56,128 nt of DNA from Desulfosoma sp. Its GTDB lineage: Bacteria > Desulfobacterota > Syntrophobacteria > Syntrophobacterales > DSM-9756. The notes under the pieces were generated by a model, which saw only the letters and a program-made list of their open reading frames with translations, made no database searches and was not told the DNA's origin. The stretch lies in assembly GCA_037481835.1 (NCBI GenBank), contig JBBFKW010000019.1, positions 1 to 56,128 on the forward strand, given 5' to 3'. Shown one piece after another: positions 18,993-28,061 of this stretch. The position numbers and the translations under genes were made by a program. Each line of letters opens with the position of its first letter. Position 1 is the stretch's first letter.

Positions 18993-20792
18993 ATGACGTG
19001 CAAGAACCGAAAAAAGATGTTTTTCACCAACCTTTTGCTCGCCCTCGTGTTTTTCATGCCGACGGTCGGTTTCGGGGCCGATCGGTGGATGACGGGCGAC
19101 TTTCACCAGCACAGCTACTTTACCGACGGGAGTTGGCCCATGAACGACCTGGACTCTTCAGGTCAGCCTGTGAACACTCCTCTGGATGCACTCCCGGACG
19201 GTTACAAACAAGGCGTCTTGCCGACCGGGTATCGTTACGGACTGGATTTCCAGGCCAACTCGGAACACGGCGGCCGTTTCAACCGCGACGGGTTCGGCAA
19301 GAATTGGTCGACCTATTCCCCCAACCCGATCATCGGAGACGATGCCGGCTCCGGGCGCATGTGGCGCTGGCAATCGCTCATAAGTCCTCTTGAAGACATT
19401 CCGGGCTATGCCAAGGCGCCTTACCTCGGGGCGTATGATTGGATTCAGATTGTGCGAGAAGCCTACCCGGAAAAAATCACCATGACGGGCATGGAATGGA
19501 ACATGCCCGGTCATGAACACTGCAGCACGGCCATCATTGCCCACAATGCCCTTCCCATCGCCGAATTCGAATACCGGTTCGACAACAGCGATACGGACGG
19601 AAGCCTGACCGGTGTGACGGCCTCCGTCATGGGCTGGAACGGGAAAAAGCAGAATAGCGAATACACCGTCGCCTATCCCGAACTCGGCCTGAATGCCACC
19701 CATCAAAAGGCCATCGACGCCGTGCGGTGGATGCAGGATCACTACCCCACGACCAGCTGGGCCATCCCCGCCCACGTGGAACGCAAAGGATGCGGCGGCG
19801 TCGGCAACGCCGGCTATACCATCGCCGCCTTCCGGGACCTAAACGATAACGCCCCGAGCGTCGCTTTCGGCTTCGAGGGCATCCCCGGCCATCAGAAATC
19901 GTCTCAACGCGGTGAATTCGGCTCTAGTTCCTGCGGCGGCGGGACTTACGGCGGCGCCGGCGTTTACGTGGCCGAGGTCGGCGGGGTCTGGGACAACCTT
20001 CTGGCCGATGAGCGCCGGTTCTTCCTCTTCGCGAGTTCCGATTTCCATGATACGAAAAACGACTTTTGGCCCGGGGAATACACAAAAACCTACGTCAAGG
20101 TCAAAGACGATACTTTGAAAAACGGCACCTTCACCGCCCAGGATGTGGTGAACGGCTTGCGCTCCGGCAATGCGTTCGTCGTCCACGGGGACTTGATCAA
20201 CGAGCTGGATTTCAAAGTCTTCCCGGGATCTTCGGTCAAGAACCAAAGCGGCAAAAACAGTGCAACCATGGGTGAAACCCTGTGGGTCGGCAAAAAGGAA
20301 AAGATCACCGTCCAGATCCGTTTCAAGTCACCGGAAAGCAACAACTGCAAACCGGGACTCAATGCTTCTGAAAACTACGTCTGCAAACCGCCGGTCGTGC
20401 ACCACGTGCAACTCATCCAAGGCCGGATCAACCCGAGCAAGGCGACCAAGTTCCTCGAAGACGGCGTGACCCCGAACCCGGCCTATAACACCATGGATCC
20501 AACGGTGGCGGAGGTTGTGGCCGTCTTCGACGCCACATCCTGGAAAACGGACAAAGACGGCTACACGACGATGACCTACACTGTGCCCCACGTGGACAAG
20601 GATATGTTCTTCCGAATCCGAGGCACCAACTTGGGCTACGGTGAAGTGAAAATGGACACCGTAGGCAACGTGATCTACGGCACCGACGCCGACGGGAATC
20701 CCCTCAAGAACACTCCGGGAACCAACACCGCGGACATGGCCTGGGAGGATCTCTGGTTCTACTCCAACCCCATTTTCGTCAAGGTCCGCTGA
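18993..20792 (+). CDS. Secreted PHP-fold metal-dependent phosphoesterase (CehA/McbA-like)
   Basis: N-terminal signal peptide; GDFHQHS, SEH, GMEW...GHEH, PAH, SSDFH motifs; ends YSNPIFV; AAGGAGG RBS. Confidence 0.75.
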   Translation: MTCKNRKKMFFTNLLLALVFFMPTVGFGADRWMTGDFHQHSYFTDGSWPMNDLDSSGQPVNTPLDALPDGYKQGVLPTGYRYGLDFQANSEHGGRFNRDGFGKNWSTYSPNPIIGDDAGSGRMWRWQSLISPLEDIPGYAKAPYLGAYDWIQIVREAYPEKITMTGMEWNMPGHEHCSTAIIAHNALPIAEFEYRFDNSDTDGSLTGVTASVMGWNGKKQNSEYTVAYPELGLNATHQKAIDAVRWMQDHYPTTSWAIPAHVERKGCGGVGNAGYTIAAFRDLNDNAPSVAFGFEGIPGHQKSSQRGEFGSSSCGGGTYGGAGVYVAEVGGVWDNLLADERRFFLFASSDFHDTKNDFWPGEYTKTYVKVKDDTLKNGTFTAQDVVNGLRSGNAFVVHGDLINELDFKVFPGSSVKNQSGKNSATMGETLWVGKKEKITVQIRFKSPESNNCKPGLNASENYVCKPPVVHHVQLIQGRINPSKATKFLEDGVTPNPAYNTMDPTVAEVVAVFDATSWKTDKDGYTTMTYTVPHVDKDMFFRIRGTNLGYGEVKMDTVGNVIYGTDADGNPLKNTPGTNTADMAWEDLWFYSNPIFVKVR

Positions 20793-21350
20793 TGGATCGT
20801 CGCCTCCCTTGCGTCCTCACCACGGACGGACGGGAGGCAATGACCTTCCCCTGCAGGAGCGGCCGTGCCCTTGATTTAGAATGCAGGGCCACGGCCCGCT
20901 CCATACCGAAAGCCTTTCTTCCCGCAGGGAACAGTTCCTCCCTTAGAGGAGCCGCCCTCGATGCGACACACATCGCAGCCAAGCCCGCTCCTCCAAGGCA
21001 CTGAAGCCACGGCTCTCTCGCCCTAGCCCCGCCACAAGTCGCTGGCCCCCACCAAGTTTCTTTTCGACCTGGATGGATCTTGGACCCCGCATTCTACCAA
21101 GGCCTCTTCCCCAAGACGCGCCAAGCCTCCACCCCAGCCCGCCGGAACCGGGCTCCCGCGGATTCCATGAAACCCGATTGGTATGGAGGAGCTCAATCTG
21201 GGGCCTACGCATTTCAAAAGAGACGCCGGCGTCGTTGGCGGCCGCCTTGAGCTCGTCGGAGCGTTTTCGCAGGGCTGCTGCCCTGTGAAACAATGGCGGC
21301 GTCGGTTGGATGGCAGCCGAAAGATTCGGCGCAAGGTTCCACCGGACCGT

Positions 21351-22793
21351 TCACGACGGCCTGGGTGATGTTGCCGTTTTACGGGCGGCGGGAGGCGACA
21401 AGATTTTTTGCTTCTGCGTGGACTTCTGCTTTTCCGCCATGGCGGAGGCCTGTTTCTTTTTTCCGGAAGGAACCTCGTTCGTGCTGGGGCTTTTGTTTGC
21501 CTGAACCTTGTTATCGGAAAAATTCGTTGCGGTTTTTGCGGTCGTTTTCCCCTTCCCGGAGACTGCTTTCCCCGAGGTTCCGGCGGCAGGCCCGGAAGCC
21601 ATGACTTTCGAACGCGACGCCTCTTTTCTTCCCGTTGGCGCCGCTCGCCCTGAAGCCGACAGCGAAGCCTTAGTCGCGGTTTTTTCGGCGGCGGACGCCT
21701 TCACGGAGGTTGGGACCGCAGGCTTCGAGCGGCCTGAAAGGTTTGCCTTTCCCGAAAGCTCTCCACTTCGACCGATGCCGGTTCTTGATGAAGTTATCTT
21801 CTCCGCCTTTAGGGGCGTTGCCGGTGCAACGGCCGTCTTTATCGGTTTTTTCGCCGATTTTTCCGAAAAGACCTTGGTTCTGCTGCTTGTTTTTTGGTGC
21901 GTGGAAATCATTTGATTTGGCTGGGGCTTCATCGCCGCGTAAATGGGAGGAGTCTCAATATTCAATGAGGCATAGCCCTGGTTGATCAGTTTGGCTGTTT
22001 CCGTTGCCCGCACCCCGGGGCTTCGGGCCCCCAGCACCACAGCCACAAGGCGATGGTCGCCCCGGTTTGCGGTCGCAATGAAATTGTAGCCCGAGGCACA
22101 GACAAAACCGGTTTTCAGACCGTCCACACCGGGACAGGTGCCAAGGAGTCGGTTGGCGTTTCGATGGGTGGATCGGCCGTAGGTATAGGATTGCATGGAG
22201 TGGACACCAAGGGCGTAAGGGAAACGCCTGAGATATGCTGCGGCAAGTTTGGCCATGTCGCGAGCCGTCGTGAACTGACCATCTGCGGGAAGGCCGTCGG
22301 CCGTTTGGAAGACGGTCCGGCGCATGCCCAATTCGGCGGCTTTCCGATTCATCAGCCCCACGAATTGTTCCACACTGCCGCAAAGATATTCGGCAATGGC
22401 CACACACGCGTCGTTCCCGGAAGCCACAGCCATGCCCTTGATCAATTCCGTAACGGGAACCTTTTCTCCCGCCCGAAGCCCCATTCGGGAACCCCCTCGC
22501 GAGGCCGCTCGGCGGCTCACCGTCACCATATCTTCGGGGTTCAGTCGCCCTTCTTCGATGGCCTCATGGACCAGGTAAAGGGTCAGCACCTTGGTGAGAG
22601 AGGCCGGGGGGATCGGGGTGTCAGCGTCTTGCTCGTAAAGAACGTGGCCGTCCGTAAGGTCGACGAGCATCGCCGAACGGGCCTGCACATGCATCGGACT
22701 CAGCGCGGATGCGCCGGAAGGAAAGACCCAGAATGCGGCCACAAGCGCGCCCACAACCGTGAAAGTCTTCATCCACACGAGCCGCTCCTTCAT
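21351..22793 (-). CDS. D-alanyl-D-alanine carboxypeptidase (peptidase S11) with Lys/Ala/Ser-rich C-terminal tail
   Basis: Signal peptide; SxxK (ASLTK), SxN (SGN) and KTG motifs; low-complexity basic tail of roughly 190 aa. Confidence 0.9.
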   Translation of the reverse strand: MKERLVWMKTFTVVGALVAAFWVFPSGASALSPMHVQARSAMLVDLTDGHVLYEQDADTPIPPASLTKVLTLYLVHEAIEEGRLNPEDMVTVSRRAASRGGSRMGLRAGEKVPVTELIKGMAVASGNDACVAIAEYLCGSVEQFVGLMNRKAAELGMRRTVFQTADGLPADGQFTTARDMAKLAAAYLRRFPYALGVHSMQSYTYGRSTHRNANRLLGTCPGVDGLKTGFVCASGYNFIATANRGDHRLVAVVLGARSPGVRATETAKLINQGYASLNIETPPIYAAMKPQPNQMISTHQKTSSRTKVFSEKSAKKPIKTAVAPATPLKAEKITSSRTGIGRSGELSGKANLSGRSKPAVPTSVKASAAEKTATKASLSASGRAAPTGRKEASRSKVMASGPAAGTSGKAVSGKGKTTAKTATNFSDNKVQANKSPSTNEVPSGKKKQASAMAEKQKSTQKQKILSPPAARKTATSPRPS

Positions 22794-22903
22794 AGATTCC
22801 GCATCATTGTGATTTGGGCCCGAATGCCTGCTCAGCATCACGCATTCTGGGCGTTCTGTCAACCGATGAAACCCTTGGAAGGATTCGTCTCAGGCAAAAA
22901 TGC

Positions 22904-23434
22904 TTATACAAGCTCCTCGCCATACCGCAGGAGAATGCGGGCGCAGGCTTCCGCGTCGGAAGCGGCATCGTGATGGTGTAAATCAATCCCTAAGTACCGG
23001 CACACGTCGGGCAGCTTGGTGGGGTAAAGGTTCCAGACTTGGCGCGCGAGACGCACGGTACAGACGAAAGGGATTTGTGGGGGTGAAAGTTTATAGGTCT
23101 CACAACAGGCGTGGAGCACGGATCGGTCGAAAGCGGCGTTGTGGGCGGCAATGAAGGCGGCCCCGTCGATGAGGCCTTCCAGGTCCGGCCAGACTTTCTC
23201 AAAAGTCGGCTGAAAACGCACATCCGCCCAGGTGATGCCGTGAATATCGGTAAAGCGGAATTCCCGCCGAGGCGGCCGGATCAGCCGAAAAGCGCGATCC
23301 GTGATGCAGTGGTTTCGCACCCTCACCACGGCGACGGCGCAGGCGCTGTCCCGCGCCGTCGTGGCCGTTTCAAAGTCGATGGCTGCAAAGTCTCCTTCAC
23401 GCAGAAGGTCCGACAGGGCTTTCCAGCGATCCAT
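22904..23434 (-). CDS. DEDDh 3'-5' exonuclease (DnaQ-like)
   Basis: IDFET, IHGI, AHNAAFD, HHDAASDAEAC. Confidence 0.92.
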   Translation of the reverse strand: MDRWKALSDLLREGDFAAIDFETATTARDSACAVAVVRVRNHCITDRAFRLIRPPRREFRFTDIHGITWADVRFQPTFEKVWPDLEGLIDGAAFIAAHNAAFDRSVLHACCETYKLSPPQIPFVCTVRLARQVWNLYPTKLPDVCRYLGIDLHHHDAASDAEACARILLRYGEELV

Positions 23435-23465
23435 CTGAGGGCTCTCCCCCTTGCGCGGTGCAGGA

Positions 23466-24299
23466 CTACCCAGGCAGTTTGGACCCTCTCCCCGTTCGGG
23501 GTTCGGGGACGTATTCCACGGAAGGCATCCGCCGCACCGGCTGCGGGTAAAGGGCCATGAGCTGATAGACCAATTCGGGCATTTCCACCGTGACGGGAAG
23601 GCCCATGGCCTGCGCCGCCTCGGGCGTAATGGGATAATCGTGCGTCCAATGGCCCTCCGTCAGCTTCCTCGCCAGTTCCAGGCTCTTTTCTTTGCCGAAC
23701 TTTTCTTCCAAGATTTCCCCTATGGCTTCTTGAAGCTGCCGCGTGGCCTTTTCCGCCATGTCGGCGAGAATCAGGGTTTCGTCGTCCACACGGTCGACGG
23801 ATTTTTCTCGAACGACTCTCATGAGCGACGGTGCGGGATATTTGCCCAGTTGGGGATCCAGGGGGCCGAGCACGGCGTGGGGCCCCATGACGATGCTGTC
23901 GGCGGCCAGGGCGATCAACGTCCCGCCGCTCATGGCATAGTGTGGGACGAAGACGGTGACGGGAGCCTTGTGTTTCTTGAGCGCACGGGCGATTTGCAAA
24001 GCGGCCAAAACCAACCCCCCCGGCGTGTGAACGATCAGATCCAAGGGCACGTCCGCATCGGTCATGTGGATGGCTCGAAGAAGTTCTTCCGAATCGTGCA
24101 CATCGATGTAGCGCATGACCGGAAACCCGAGCAGGCTCATGGTTTCCTGGCGATGCACCAGCAGGATGACGCGGGATCCCCTCTCAGCCTCGAACCGGGC
24201 GATGGCCCGCTGGCGGGTGGCATCGAGAATTCTCTGCCGAAGCAAAGGCTGCAGGGACGCAATGACCACAAAAAGCCAGAAAAAATCCAGGACGTTCAT
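23466..24299 (-). CDS. Clp-fold Ser-Asp-His serine protease (SDH_sah family) with N-terminal membrane helix
   Basis: HTPGG, YAMSGGT, GPLDPQ, WTHDYP; start MNVLDFF with GGAGG RBS (the longer ORF upstream is a shadow). Confidence 0.9.
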   Translation of the reverse strand: MNVLDFFWLFVVIASLQPLLRQRILDATRQRAIARFEAERGSRVILLVHRQETMSLLGFPVMRYIDVHDSEELLRAIHMTDADVPLDLIVHTPGGLVLAALQIARALKKHKAPVTVFVPHYAMSGGTLIALAADSIVMGPHAVLGPLDPQLGKYPAPSLMRVVREKSVDRVDDETLILADMAEKATRQLQEAIGEILEEKFGKEKSLELARKLTEGHWTHDYPITPEAAQAMGLPVTVEMPELVYQLMALYPQPVRRMPSVEYVPEPRTGRGSKLPG

Positions 24300-24325
24300 G
24301 TGTCCTCCTTCCATCGCCCGGGGTT

Positions 24326-25051
24326 TTACATCCGGTGCAGAAAGCGCACCGGCCGCCACTCGTCGGGATAGTACCTTCGGTATCGCCTCAACGGCCTCTT
24401 GAGCCGAGGCCCCACGACGGCACCGATGACAAATCCGCCGATATGGGCCCACCAAGCGATCCCGCCGCCGGCGTTGGGGGCCAGGACCGAAAAGGTGCCG
24501 GAAAAGAGCTGGCTGAGAAACCAGAAGCCGAGAAAGATGACGGCGGGGACTTCCACGATCCACGGCAGGAAGAAGACCGGCACGAGGGTGATGATGCGCG
24601 AATGGGGAAACATGACGAAATACGCCCCCATGACCCCCGCGATGGCGCCCGACGCCCCGATGGCCGGCACCGTGGAGTGAACGTTGAAAAGGATGTGCGT
24701 CAAGGACGCCGCTATCCCGCATGCCCCATAAAAGACCGCATAGCGCAGGTGTCCCAGCCGGTCTTCCACGTTGTCCCCGAAAATCCACAGGGTCCACATG
24801 TTGCCGATGAAGTGGAGCCACCCGCCGTGAAGGAACATGTTCGTGAAAAACGGCCAGTAGCTCAGGCCCTCCGCAGGCCAGGCCGGGTGCGTGTAGCGCG
24901 CCGGGACGATACCGAGGTAAAAAATGAGCCGCTCCAAGACGGGAGGGGGAAGGCTGATTTCCACAAGGAAAAAGAGAAGGTTCAGGGTCACGATGGCCCA
25001 GGTGACAAAAGGGCTTTCCCGTCGAGGGATGGTGTCGTGCAGCGGGATCAT
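24326..25051 (-). CDS. Rhomboid family intramembrane serine protease
   Basis: MFLHGGWLHFIGNM, FGDNVEDRLG, GASG, WAHIGGF. Confidence 0.95.
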   Translation of the reverse strand: MIPLHDTIPRRESPFVTWAIVTLNLLFFLVEISLPPPVLERLIFYLGIVPARYTHPAWPAEGLSYWPFFTNMFLHGGWLHFIGNMWTLWIFGDNVEDRLGHLRYAVFYGACGIAASLTHILFNVHSTVPAIGASGAIAGVMGAYFVMFPHSRIITLVPVFFLPWIVEVPAVIFLGFWFLSQLFSGTFSVLAPNAGGGIAWWAHIGGFVIGAVVGPRLKRPLRRYRRYYPDEWRPVRFLHRM

Positions 25052-25114
25052 GAAAGGCTTTCCTTCTTCGTCACAAAAGCAGGGCAGGATCCACGGACGC
25101 CGTCCTCCGCCTGC

Positions 25115-25900
25115 TCAGGCCGAGAGCTTTCGGGCCAGCCAAGAGGCGGTGAGTTCCGCGGCTTGAGCGCGCACCCCGGGATCCGTCAGGCGATGGTCCG
25201 CACCGTCCAAAAGCACGAGCCGCTTTTCCTCCGCTGCGTGGCGGTACAGCACCACCGCGTGGTCCCATGGAACCAGCGTATCGCCCGTGCCGTGGACGAT
25301 GAGGACGTGAGCCACGGACGGCATGGCATCCACGGCGTCCGGTTCTCCCAAGGGCAGAGTCTTTGGCCAAAGGCGGTCCAGATCGGGCGGACGCCCCGCA
25401 TTTGCGGCCCCGATGAGCCGAAGCCGCGCCGGGGTCGACCACAGGGCCAGGGCCCGAACCCTTTCGGGATGCAGTGCAGAAAACACGTAGCTCAGATAGC
25501 CTCCCAGGCTGGATCCAAAAAGCCCTAAAGCGGGTTCGGCACCCCAGGGGCGATGGGCTGAAACGGCCCATTGCATCACGCATCGAAGGTCGTCCAAGCG
25601 CGTACTTATAAGGGACGGCCCGAAGGCCGAGGGGTTTTCCCCGCAGCCCGTAAAATCGAACCGGACGGCCCAAAGCCCATGTCGTGCCAACCGCTCGCCC
25701 ATGTCCACAAACTTCGCACTGTCCTTGGCACTCAGAAGGCCATGACAACAAGCGACGACACGCGGGTGGCGATCGTGCCCCGGCGGGCCGATCTTCGAGG
25801 GCCGATGCACCACGGCCGGGATGGACCCGCGGCGGGATGGGATGGCGACCCGTTCCGTCTTTACGACGATTTCCTCAACGAGCCTTTCGTCTTTGTTCAT
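25115..25900 (-). CDS. Alpha/beta fold hydrolase
   Basis: CHG oxyanion motif, GSSLGG nucleophile elbow, HGTGD, GADH. Confidence 0.88.
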   Translation of the reverse strand: MNKDERLVEEIVVKTERVAIPSRRGSIPAVVHRPSKIGPPGHDRHPRVVACCHGLLSAKDSAKFVDMGERLARHGLWAVRFDFTGCGENPSAFGPSLISTRLDDLRCVMQWAVSAHRPWGAEPALGLFGSSLGGYLSYVFSALHPERVRALALWSTPARLRLIGAANAGRPPDLDRLWPKTLPLGEPDAVDAMPSVAHVLIVHGTGDTLVPWDHAVVLYRHAAEEKRLVLLDGADHRLTDPGVRAQAAELTASWLARKLSA

Positions 25901-26598
25901 GACCGGGTGGTCTCCCCGCGGCGGCGCACGGCGTAAAGGGCGACGCCGGAAATTTCGTCGTGCCCTTCAAAGGGGATGATTTTTTCCTTGTAGGCAAATC
26001 TGGTCACCAGCTCGGCAAAGAAGCCGGGGGCTTGAAGCTGGGTGTTTTTCGCGAGAAAAATCGTCCCGCCGGGCACCAAGGCTTGGTCCAAAAAGCGCAC
26101 GAGCGCCGGGTAGGTGGCCCGGTCGTAGATCACTTCCGACCCCACAATGACGTGGTAGGGCTCGCCCAAGAACGGATCATTCCAATCGATCCGCTGGACC
26201 TCCGCCCACCGCTCACAGCCGTTCAAAAGGACGTTGGCCCGGGCGAAAAGCAGGGCGTCGTCGTTGATGTCCGACAAGGTCACCCGGTGCCCCTTGACGG
26301 CCATGTAGACGCCCAAGACGCCGATGCCCGTACCGATTTCCAGGATGCGGCGCCCCGGAATCACGGGCTGATGCGCCCAGTAGGACGCCATGACGAAAGA
26401 GGCTTCCCAGACTTTTGCCCACAGGGGTAGGTCCTCCAGGCTGAGATATTCCCTCTGGGCCAGTGCCCCCACGTACTCCTCAAAATCGGCCAGCTGGAGG
26501 ATGCGCAGAGTGTCGGCGCCGATTTTCAGTTCCACGGTTTCCGTGCGGTACTTGGTCTGAATGGTCGAAAGAATGTCGTTCAATTCGCCGCTGTTCAC
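25897..26598 (-). CDS. Class I SAM-dependent methyltransferase, protein-lysine methyltransferase (Methyltransf_16)-like
   Basis: PLWAKVW, LEIGTGIG, SDIN, GSEVIY. Confidence 0.82.
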   Translation of the reverse strand: MNSGELNDILSTIQTKYRTETVELKIGADTLRILQLADFEEYVGALAQREYLSLEDLPLWAKVWEASFVMASYWAHQPVIPGRRILEIGTGIGVLGVYMAVKGHRVTLSDINDDALLFARANVLLNGCERWAEVQRIDWNDPFLGEPYHVIVGSEVIYDRATYPALVRFLDQALVPGGTIFLAKNTQLQAPGFFAELVTRFAYKEKIIPFEGHDEISGVALYAVRRRGETTRS

Positions 26599-26825
26599 AT
26601 CCTTCTCCGTTTCTCGGGCTCTCGGCAGAAAACCCGCACTCTTTCAAAGGCGCGGCCCCGTCCCCGACTTGCCTTGCACCCTTTGCTGTTTTAATCTCCC
26701 AACGAATCGTCAAGAAACGCGAATGTGTGGCAATGGACTGCAGGAGCGGCCCCGGCCGCGATGGGCATCGCGGCGCGCCGGCTTCCACAGCAAGATTTCA
26801 GAAAACCGCCCGTCAGGAGCCCGCC

Positions 26826-27281
26826 ATGCCTCACCCTATTCCCTTCAAAGAAGGGGCCTATTTCATCGACCGTGCCTATCTCGTCACGCCGCTCAAGCGA
26901 TCGGTTACGCTCACCGAAGGGGTTCTCGAAGTCTACAGAGACTCCACAGGGGAAAAACATTTGCGGGGCCGGGCCTTCGTCAACAACGCCCTCATGGTGG
27001 CCCTGCTGGAAGACGAAGAGTCCCTGGACCTCCTCATGGACCTGGGGCCCGGATTTCGATACCGGCTTCCTCGGCCCCTCCTCCAAGCGGGAAAGGTGTT
27101 CGAGCCGCGAACGTGGTCCATCGTGCATTTCGCTCCTTCCCAAGACCTGATCCCCCTGACGGACCCCGACTATGAAAAGATCACGGCCGGGCTCACGGTC
27201 CTTGGCCCCGGCGACGGGCCCGACGAGGATCCCCACGGGGCTGAACCCGGCGCCGAAAAGCATGCCGAATGGGGTTCATAG
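26826..27281 (+). CDS. Hypothetical protein
   Basis: ATG with AGGAG RBS, fills the gap between flanking genes, protein-like composition. Confidence 0.65.
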   Translation: MPHPIPFKEGAYFIDRAYLVTPLKRSVTLTEGVLEVYRDSTGEKHLRGRAFVNNALMVALLEDEESLDLLMDLGPGFRYRLPRPLLQAGKVFEPRTWSIVHFAPSQDLIPLTDPDYEKITAGLTVLGPGDGPDEDPHGAEPGAEKHAEWGS

Positions 27282-28058
27282 ACTCTGGAGCGTGCTCTGG
27301 AAAAGCTCCAGGTCGTCCTGAGACCACAGACAAAAGACCACTTTCTCCAAAGACGTTTTCTCTTCAGCCAAAAACTGCACGACGGTTCCCAGCATGATCT
27401 TGGCGCACAGGTCCTTGGGAAAGCCGAAAATGCCCGTGCTGATGGCCGGAAAGGCCACGGACCGCAGTCCTTTTTCCGTGGCCCGCCGTAAGCTGTTTAA
27501 GGTGGCGTCCCGGAGCTTTCGTTCTTCGTCGCCTTCACCCCAGCGCGGCCCGACGGCGTGGATGACATAGCGGGCCTTGAGCCGCCCGCCGGTGGTCACC
27601 ACGGCCCCACCCACGTGGGTGCCTCCGATCCGAAGGCATTCTTCCTGGATTTCCGGCCCGCCCTTGGTCCGGATGGCTCCGGCCACGCCGGCTCCGAGGA
27701 TCAAATCCGCATTGGCGGCGTTGACGATGGCATCGGTTTCCATCTCGGTGATGTCCCCCTGGAGGAGGACCACGACCTTATCGCCCACCTTTTTTTCCAT
27801 GGCGCGACCTCCCTGCGGCTCACCCAGGTCTTCCACAAGGCGTACGACCGCCCGATCCAGCGGAAGCCATGTGTCGTCTAAAGGATACGCCGCATAAAAA
27901 CCGCCGTGTTCCCATCGGCGAAGCTGCACCTTACCGGAAAGGCGCTCCCGCACGGCTTCCCGAAACGCTTCAGGGACGCCTCTCACGGCTTCCTCCACAT
28001 GCTCCGCTAGGATCTTTCGCTCCCGGTCCTCAAGCCATTTTTCCACATCGCCCTGCAC
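27276..28058 (-). CDS. MacroD-type macrodomain protein with an 86-aa in-frame N-terminal extension (internal ATG and RBS at 27800)
   Basis: QGDIT, AIVNAAN, GAGVAGAI, HAVGP, FPAISTGIFGFP; upstream frame open to GTG 28058. Confidence 0.85.
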   Translation of the reverse strand: MQGDVEKWLEDRERKILAEHVEEAVRGVPEAFREAVRERLSGKVQLRRWEHGGFYAAYPLDDTWLPLDRAVVRLVEDLGEPQGGRAMEKKVGDKVVVLLQGDITEMETDAIVNAANADLILGAGVAGAIRTKGGPEIQEECLRIGGTHVGGAVVTTGGRLKARYVIHAVGPRWGEGDEERKLRDATLNSLRRATEKGLRSVAFPAISTGIFGFPKDLCAKIMLGTVVQFLAEEKTSLEKVVFCLWSQDDLELFQSTLQSL

Positions 28059-28061
28059 GGC

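Noticed and set aside
20793..21350. 558-nt gap between convergent genes as a possible ncRNA or small gene
   Set aside because: Only an imperfect hairpin near 20856-20902 was found; the short ORFs have no recognisable motifs and no known RNA family was recognised
24300..24821. 451-aa ORF suggesting an N-terminally extended SDH protease
   Set aside because: The extension overlaps the rhomboid gene in another frame, and a strong RBS with ATG lies at 24299
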